DNA from: Catajapyx aquilonaris
Lineage: Eukaryota
Assembly: GCA_000934665.2 (NCBI GenBank)
Contig: JYFJ02003740.1
Location: 1-38,211, forward strand
Reading direction: 5' to 3'
Length of the DNA stretch: 38,211 nucleotides
Both the position numbers and the translations under genes were made by a program. The notes below the pieces were generated by a model. It ran no database searches, was not told the DNA's origin, and saw nothing but the letters and a program-made list of their open reading frames with translations. Below, in pieces: positions 30,501 to 38,211 of the stretch (positions within the stretch are counted from its first letter, which is position 1; the number at the start of each line of letters is the position of its first letter).

Positions 30501-33245
30501 ACAGCATGAAGCATTGAAGAGTAAGTGCAAGTGAACCAGATCAATAAAAACAAAACTTTATTATCCTTCAGGCAGATATGTGCACCCAACAACACAAAAG
30601 CATTTATACTGAAGCAGTAATAAATTGCTTGAAATGGGGAATTCAGGCAACAGTGTAATGTGTTGCTTTGAAGACTTATACTGTTGATAATGTTTAAATT
30701 CATTGAGGCAATATTCAGTTACTTAATCCTCCCTCATATGACGCATCTGATTGACATGTCCCCAGTGACCCATGGGTATACAGCAGAAAGCTCTGATTAT
30801 ACTTCTGCACAACATGGTATCCGTTTTTTTTCCAAGTGAAAGGTGTTTTATTGCCAGTGGCACTGACATGTTGACATCAGGTAATTTTGATTAGATAAGC
30901 AGACTAAATAGCTTACATACACAAGTCAGTTAGAAGCATAATCCCCACAGCAACTCTTCCAATGGGCCATTCCCGTTCAGAACCTTAAAGCAATTCAGAG
31001 CTTAGAGAGGTGATTCAACTTGGCCTGAGCCAGAATTTTCAATTTATAATAAAAGTAACTATTCAAAGTAGCTGCTTTAACAAGCAGCTTAGTGCCAAAA
31101 ATGGCCAACAACTATGGATATTTCTATTCGAACACGCTACAACCTACATAAACAAGGCTGTATTTACTTATTTATTGACCTCCATGGTATCAAGGAGTTC
31201 AAAATCCATGCCTATCTGGCTGATTAGAGAACCCATGCATGTGATAAGCACCGCATTGAACTCTCCCGGGAAGATCAATAACTCCCTAGCAATGACAGGA
31301 AACATAGGTTTTGCAATAACATGGCATCCACACACAATCCGCCTAATTCCTGCCCATACCAACCCAAAGCACCTCACCTTATGACCTCCGTAGAAAGCAA
31401 TTTCCTCAGAATTGGTGACAATCCGGGAGTGAAAGTATCGCAGGCAGGCTTTTCTTTTGGCCTCTTCTGCCACCAACTTGCCAAATTTTGGGGAGCAAGC
31501 ACGCAGTATCTTACCAGTCACAAATATCACAAAACTACCCAAAATTGGCCCTGAGAAGAGAGAAAATAGTTAACAATAACAAATGAAATTATTGTCGTAT
31601 ACCCAGTTATTGGGGGTTACTTATTGCCACACTATTCACAAAGAGAAATGTTCTGCATGCAATGCTAGATTGTAGACAACAATGGTTTATTTTAATGAGC
31701 CCATTCATTTGGAACATAAGGAAAATAGTGTCATTAAAACCATATGGTGAGTGAACTTTACCTGGAATGGCAGCACCTCCCATGTTTCTGGTCATGTGGA
31801 ACATGGACAATGAGATGAGGATGACATCCAGCAGCGGTTTTGTGATGTGTGAATACAAGTGAGCCACTGATGATGCAAAAGAAGTGATGTCGTCTGTGAG
31901 GCAATGGTCCGCATTCTCAATCCTGCCATCCAAGTTGGAGATGCGATAATATGTCTGAAAGGATAGTCAATAAAATACCAATTAACAGTTAGATAGTGTG
32001 ACCTCATTTTAGACACAAAGGGAAAGACGATACACTTGTTTTAACTATTCATAATTTCACGCCTGCATCATGGGCCTAAAAGCATCAGCTTTATCAGAGT
32101 CAATTGAGTCAATCCCTTGTTCAACTCAATTGTGGCCCGGCAACGATCCTTAACTCACACAGCAACAGAGAATAGTCAGATATCACCTACATCAAAAGAC
32201 CAGTCACATTAAAACTCACTCATCCGGACTTGAAGGTCAGCAGATTAGAGCAGCCAACAAAAAAGAATGATAAAAGTCCCTCATACGCAAAAAAAAACCT
32301 GACCTTCTCAGCATGAGCTAACTGGGTAGAGGGAGAGTAAAAGAGGGTACAGTACACTTGTGTTCCACTTATTGTAACAAGTAAAATAAAAATGCACATA
32401 AGACGCGGATGTCTGGCACATTGTGCAAGTCAGGTTTTCGCGAAAGTGAAACCTTGTAATTTTATGCTGGTTTCACTACGTGGATACAATTTCCTTCCTG
32501 ATCGATCTGCTTGACTTGCAACACAAATGTGCTTCCTTTTTTTGTCCCATTTTGCACCCGCTCACTGAAAAATGTATCCTTCTTCATGGTGGTTACAACA
32601 CTTTGCTTGCAGCAACATGTGAACATGTGGGGTTCTCCAAGAGGCTGGAAAGTCTCAATAAGTTCCTAGTCAGTGCTCAATTCCCACAATTAGTTTTTCA
32701 AACTGGGTAAGGTTTGCTCCCTTACACGTGCAAGGAGATTAAATTACGTGAGGATACACTTCCACATCTCTGGTGTGCCTAGAAAATCCTTACTGTTTAT
32801 GTATTATGTCGATATGTATTAAGTGCCAATTTTGTAAGTTTCCTATTATAGTAAGTATTAAAAGTACACCAAACCTGATTCTGGAAGTAGAGCTTGTAGG
32901 CATGCTGCACCAGCCTGGACCTGAAAGCCACTGACAGCTGACTCTCCAGGAAACGAATGAGTGAGTTGACTGCAGTGGCTGGGATGGCCACACCTATCCA
33001 CTGCAGCAGAAGGACACAAAAAAGCCACACATCGCGCCTGACAATGTATTTGACCATCTTCCCCTCCAAGGAGGCCACGTAAATGGAGAGGAAGGTGCGG
33101 GTCACTAGTGTGAAGGTGTGAAGACAAAGAAGTCCTGTTTCCCTGCACCAAACCCGAGGAACCATCACTTGTAGGAGCTTGATCAGCTGGTACAGAAATG
33201 CACGGTTCACAGCAGGAGATGATGACAAGGATGAAGATGAACTTC
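24503..33245 (-). CDS. Abcd1: Peroxisomal ABC half transporter, subfamily D (ABCD1/ABCD2-like); 5'-partial
   Basis: Exons 33245-32875, 31954-31762, 31550-31378, 30284-30000, 29009-28086 and 24604-24503 (ELCNLLGED...NLSD*), all GT-AG and in phase, ~682 aa. EAA-like motif SEEIAFYGG, Walker A GPNGCGKS, signature LSGGEKQR, Walker [16 protein letters not shown] favours ABCD1/2 over ABCD3. Start exon not identified. Confidence 0.93.
25398..26521. mobile_element. Probable non-autonomous Merlin element with a large internal palindrome
   Basis: 24-bp TIRs starting GG (GGATAAACTATTGTTTATCCGCAC and GGAAAGTCTATCGTTTATCCGCAC, 20/24); perfect 8-bp TSD CCTAAATC (25390-25397, 26522-26529). Inverted arms at 25662-25807 and 25863-26008. 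Confidence 0.75.
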
Positions 33246-33680
33246 CTGCAAATGCAAAAAAAAACTGTTCACTTAATAATTAATGACAAACACATTTCAT
33301 TAAATTTTTCAGTATTAGCGAAGATAATGTTTCACTTCTTAAAATCATTTAGGATCCAAAGTTTACCTTGACTTAATGTATGATAGCCAGATTTTAAGTC
33401 ATGATCCTGCAGTGAACATAATTTACCTTGCACATTAGCTCTTCAGGTTGCTTTTGGGAGACACAATCATGTATGTAAACAACCCTTTAAAATCAACATA
33501 ATCTCCTGTACATGTAATGAAAAATTCTATCTTGCCACCAGGATGGTACTACAGTATTAATGAAGCAATCAAGGATGCAATATTATTGTTTTGGAATACA
33601 ATTCTACCAGGGAAATTTTTAACTTCCTACACAAATGGAAAAGCAAAAATTCACTGATCAGGATGGAGACTTCGCACATA

Positions 33681-34236
33681 CAGTAAAACAGTAAAAAAAA
33701 TTTGAATCTCCATGGGACCGGGAAAAAACTTTGAGTTATAAAAGATTCGAGTTATTTGAATTATTTAAGCCCATAACTTCATAAGAAAGCCTGCCTTTAT
33801 ATCCAGTGACAAAAGGTGTTCAAAACTTAAGAATAACTGTCACTATCACACTTACAATGTTCCTCGTTGTTTTGTTGTAAAGAGCTCTGTTATAGACATT
33901 TGCCTACTATTAGATCGACTCTCATTCTTAATAAAGAATTCAATTGTCACAATCGAGTCAAGCACTTCTTTCGGCAGACGGAGATCAGGAAGGCAGGAGG
34001 AGCCTTTCTGTACATGTGGCCTACTCTCGACCCTTCGGCTGGGAAAGTAGAACATATTCCGTACTGGCCAACATGAACTTCGACTTAGGGAGACTGAAAA
34101 TGCATTAATGTCCCATCATAAGGCCCTGCCTGCACTTCCAGTTAGGGAAGTTCATTTCCCATTAATTTACACTGTGACCAACCAAGCTCATAATTTTCTT
34201 CGACTTAGGGAAGTTCGACTTATAGTAGTTTTACTG
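33681..34236. mobile_element. pogo/Tigger-like non-autonomous element
   Basis: TA|CAGTAAAAC ... GTTTTACTG|TA, with repeated subterminal TTCGA(C/G)TTA motifs. Confidence 0.7.
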
Positions 34237-35249
34237 TAAGTTACTAAAAAGAATGTAGATTTGACTGATCAGCGACACATTGTAATTGTTGTGCAACAAT
34301 TCATTTCCATCCTAGATTATTGTATGCTCATTACTTTTGGTACAGCTTGTGCATGTGAAACATATTGGGGAGGTCATGACCTTGATCTGCACTTGTAGGG
34401 TTTAGGGTTCAATGCCCAGATTTTCCATCTGATAATAGTTTAAGTGGCAGACAGACATATCCTGAGAGCTTTCTCAGGATTGTCTTGCTTCCTCGAAAAT
34501 CACAAAATTCCACCACAACTAGGATTAACCTTTGTGGATGCAGAAGTTCTCATGAGATATTACACATCAACTTCATGTGCACATAAATTACCAGCATTGT
34601 GAAGATGAAAAATCTTACATAGTTGCCACGTAATTAGGGGCTGCATTCTAATTGCAAATGCAATGTGTAACCAAATTCTCTCAGCTGTAAGCTGCTCAGT
34701 TCAAGGGCAAAAGTACAAAAATGAAATGTAATGAATTACAAAATATTTTAGGGGCGGCAGACCGTACAACAATTTTCAACTATGAATTTTGTCAACATCA
34801 TCTTCTTGTAGTTGTTAAGCTTTTTTTATTCGCCCTAACTCAAGTTCTGCTGTAGGTAGAGCTTCCAAATTTTGAACACAGATCCTCACCATTGTGAAGT
34901 GCATTCCCACCATTTACAGCTAAACTCAATTCCTCTTCAAACCACCACAAAAAATTAAAACCCGCTACAAAATACGTTTCTATTTTTTTGCTCAATAACT
35001 ATTCGGAATTTGGTTTCTTCATCGAAGGGCCGAATGCACAGCAGGATGGTGCAGATCTACGTTCAAAACCTCACAGTTCCACCTGCTGCAGGATTTAAGT
35101 TATGATTTTTTTCACCAAATTTTTTTCCATCAAATACTTCATTTGTTCATGATTCCATCACCAAGCAATGTCAATTCCTATTTACACCTCGCCATATTGT
35201 TAGCAAAATGTTACCCCGCTGCTCTGGGGTGAACGGATTGTACTTATTA

Positions 35250-35672
35250 CAGTTGAATCCGGATATAACTACAGACTTTTGGTTATAAAGGCCGGTCCAG
35301 GCATGCTTCCATAAGGCCCTGTGCATTTTACTCCTGATTAATGGACTCATTTTCACCTCACCACGGGTACAGTATAACACACCATTTCTTGGCCTCGGTA
35401 GGAAAATTGAGTTTTCCAGGTATAAAATTTGCACAAAGGAGAAGCAGAAGAAAATTTCGGATATTTTGGTCCTTCATAATTTTCGGGTGAGATAATATTA
35501 CATTTTTGACAGATTTCATTAATCGGTATGTATAATCTAGTAGTGCATGTTGCAGCCACATTCAAAGAAGAAATCTCTGTTTTCATTACGTGACGATTTG
35601 GCTATAACAGACCTCAGTTATAACAGACTTTTTCCAAGGTCTCTTGAAGTGTGTTTTATCTGGATTCAACTG
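35250..35672. mobile_element. pogo/Tc1-type MITE
   Basis: TA flanks; 20-bp TIR CAGTTGAATCC(G/A)GATA(T/A)AAC. Confidence 0.85.
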
Positions 35673-35759
35673 TACTATTAACTCCTTTGCTACCTGCTAT
35701 ATCACCATTGCCATTGCCAGGTATTACTGGCCAACTGATTTAATTAAGAAATTATGCTA

Positions 35760-35965
35760 CAGAATATGCGGAATATCTACCTTGGGAAACGTGTCAGACG
35801 AATTTGTTGAAATCATTGCATTTCGCGAAAATTGAGTAAGTTTGGGAGTTCTCAGATGTGACGGAGGCAAGCCGCAGATAAGTATTGATTTAATTCTTGC
35901 AAAATACCACGATTTCAGCAAATTCGTCTGGTACAGTTCTCAATGTATATATTCCGTATATTTTG
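35760..35965. repeat. Imperfect ~75-bp inverted repeat (old foldback element)
   Basis: 35760-35835 versus the reverse complement of ~35890-35965, e.g. CAGACGAATTTG(T/C)TGAAATC. Confidence 0.7.
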
Positions 35966-36128
35966 AACTTCCCTGGGTGGATTAGTCTAGCAGAAATTTC
36001 CACCAGAGACGAAGACAGAGATGGCCCAACTCTGCACGAGACGAAGGGGGGAACCCCGGGCTGGGATCGAACCCGGGACCTTAACATCCGTGGGCGCGTG
36101 CGTTACCGCAGCACCACTCCGCCTCCCC
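35966..36128 (-). mobile_element. tRNA-derived SINE (head type D), 3' part missing
   Basis: A box TGGTGCTGCGGTAA, B box GGTTCGATCCC; shares AGAGATGGCCCAACTCTGCACG and GGGTGGATTAGTCT with 5950-6104. Confidence 0.85.
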
Positions 36129-37094
36129 TTGATCCACATTATAATGCAAGGACCACCTATATTCATATTGATATGTCTAATCACTCTAGCCACTGACTAA
36201 GAATTCAGCAATTTAAATACTGGTGCAACTCAAACGCTTTGAGTAATAACTGAAGCTTTAGCATCGATCTGACAATATGAAATTAAGTCAGGCCCATTTA
36301 CATGAGATTGCTGGTATAGAAAAGCAATCAGCATGGACATTGGCCCACTGCAAGCAACATATGGTGGCATCATCTCTCTAATGATTCGCAAGCTGAGCAC
36401 ATGTGTAGCTAGCAGCAGCCTGGCATAAATGGGCCCTCAGACTCATTCCTAAGCTGTAAGGCAGGTTCCACTTCATCACACTGCCACACATTTCGTGACC
36501 TTGAATCAGAATCACTTTGATCAAGAAATCAACTGTGAAGATGATGCTGATGACAATCAAAATATCTCAGATAAAATCGCTGACTAACACAATAGCTATA
36601 AAACATCAGGGGTAGTGCGTATGTTCTTCCCCTGATGCAGTCCATTCAGCAATTCCCTTTGCAATAATAATAAACACTGGATGTCATAAATGAATATATT
36701 TTCTGAATAAAAAGGAAATATAAATGATTCGATTCTGAACATGTCTGAATATTCTGAGGATGTGCTACTGAACTGACCAATACTAGTCCGGATGTGAATA
36801 TCGAACTTTCATTTATCAAAAATGCGCTAGGTCTTGCTCCACTTCACCTTGCTACTGAGAAAAAATGCAGAAAGAATTTTCCCTGTACATTGCTGTAACC
36901 TGCTAACAAAAGTCACATGCTTACAACACTGCTTACTGGTTTTCACAAAATAATCAATGAGAATATAAAATATTCAACATGACATTGCTGTATTGCAATT
37001 CTTATTATAAGGGTGAATAAATCTTCTTCCTTGCATTAACATGAGTTAACCTATATCTCAACACTGTATAAGACAGTATATGTCTGCATAATTA

Positions 37095-37165
37095 TGTCGC
37101 AATCAAGGCCCTGTTTATGTGCAGTCATATTCCTACTGCACATAAACAGGGCCTTGATTTCGACA
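37095..37165. repeat. Near-perfect 71-nt hairpin
   Basis: 25 perfect bp (37101-37125 with 37135-37159), a 9-nt loop, and 5 further bp after one mismatch. Confidence 0.9.
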
Positions 37166-37865
37166 CCAGGAAATAATAAGAACTGCATAAAGGCCTTACT
37201 AAAGAATGCAAGAGATATATAGTTTATTACCAATCATCAATCATACTTCAAATTGCTCAAAATGTAAGTAATGAGAGTAATATTCAATGCAATGCCACTT
37301 CTATTTTACGAGTAAACTCAAATCTTTCAAGAGCACAGTTAGATTAGTTTACATTATTCTCCAGCATAACCATCACACGTGATTGATATGAAGGAACCGA
37401 TAGTCCTGCTTGGACAATAGCATGGGAATAATAACTGATATTATCTTAGTTGTCAATCTGTGGGACCATTGTGACTATCATGCAACATTCAGCTAATAAA
37501 CATTTACAAGCTCTCTCTGCTGCATCAACTGAGGAAGTTCAAATATTTTTTTACATGCCAGTGGATTATTATTCATTATTAGAATTATCAATATCATCGT
37601 CATCTTTTTAATTATGAATAGTCCAGTCAAATTGTTGATGGACCTAGAACAAACTGCAACAGAAATGGTGTCAACTGATACTAAGCAAAAAATGGCGCTG
37701 AAAACGATGGGACACAGTCTGCGACTGTCCGGTCGCCCCAAAAGCCGCCATCTTGAAAAAATGGCGGCCTAATAGGATATGTTGGACAAACACATTTTTT
37801 ATCACGGAAACGACTCGGTTTTAATGGAAAGTGAACCGGACATAAATGAAACGGCATAGAATGTA

Positions 37866-38078
37866 CCCCCGCGAGCATAAAGATGGAGACGGCAGGTCCT
37901 TTTTTGACCTTTCTTTATCCAGCTCATTTTAATGAACTCTTTTTGGACCGAGTTAGTTGCTTCAGGTTCGTGTATGTACAGTATGACAGTATATTTGATA
38001 CCAGCATAATAGCTGATATAGGCAGAGCAGCCTGCCGAAGGTGAGGGCCTGCCGTCTCCATCTTTATGCTCGCGGGTG
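37866..38078. mobile_element. Tc1/mariner-type MITE
   Basis: TA flanks; 31-bp TIR C(C/A)CCCGCGAGCATAAAGATGGAGACGGCAGG with 1 mismatch. Confidence 0.85.
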
Positions 38079-38211
38079 TACTTCAAGACGACACTTTCAT
38101 CTTCTCTGTAGAGTGCATAGTGTTGAATCTAGACAATTGTTTATGTATTCTCAAGTATTGCATTTGCCATCTTATGGCAAACTGAGTCTTTCATGGTGAA
38201 TTGGGATAAAA

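Noticed and set aside
37630..37865. GCCGCCATCTTG/AAAATGGCGGC YY1-like cluster as a promoter
   Set aside because: No adjacent exon. Such words are common in insect DNA-transposon remnants, and I could not define element ends.
33246..38211. Search for the ABCD start exon
   Set aside because: No phase-1 exon with a credible ABCD N-terminus was found; it probably lies beyond the window.
1..38211. CRISPR arrays, operons or other prokaryotic systems
   Set aside because: The window is eukaryotic with spliceosomal introns, and no regularly spaced repeat-spacer array is present.

Overview
Eukaryotic, intron-containing DNA, most likely from a non-dipteran insect or other arthropod (inferred from the Csp, MOB3 and RpL32 protein sequences). 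I assembled five spliced genes by hand from splice signals and reading phase: an unrecognised 5-exon gene (+, 430-7498); RpL32 (-, complete, 134 aa); MOB3 (+, complete, 250 aa), which shares a ~250-bp bidirectional promoter with RpL32; cysteine string protein Csp/DNAJC5 (-, complete, with a cassette exon and two possible C-termini); and a peroxisomal ABCD1/2-type half transporter (-, N-terminal exon(s) not found in the window). Introns and spacers are dense with tRNA-headed SINEs and non-autonomous DNA transposons (hAT, piggyBac, Tc1/mariner/pogo, probable Merlin, a CAC-terminal element), several of them nested. The most notable observations are: a candidate dual-coding terminal exon entered by two acceptors 4 nt apart; a long-range RNA duplex bracketing the Csp cassette exon; a retroelement TSD that duplicated a MOB3 splice donor; SINEs with four different tRNA-like heads sharing one 3' terminus; and a GC-AG intron in the Csp J-domain. 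All gene models are predictions without transcript evidence.
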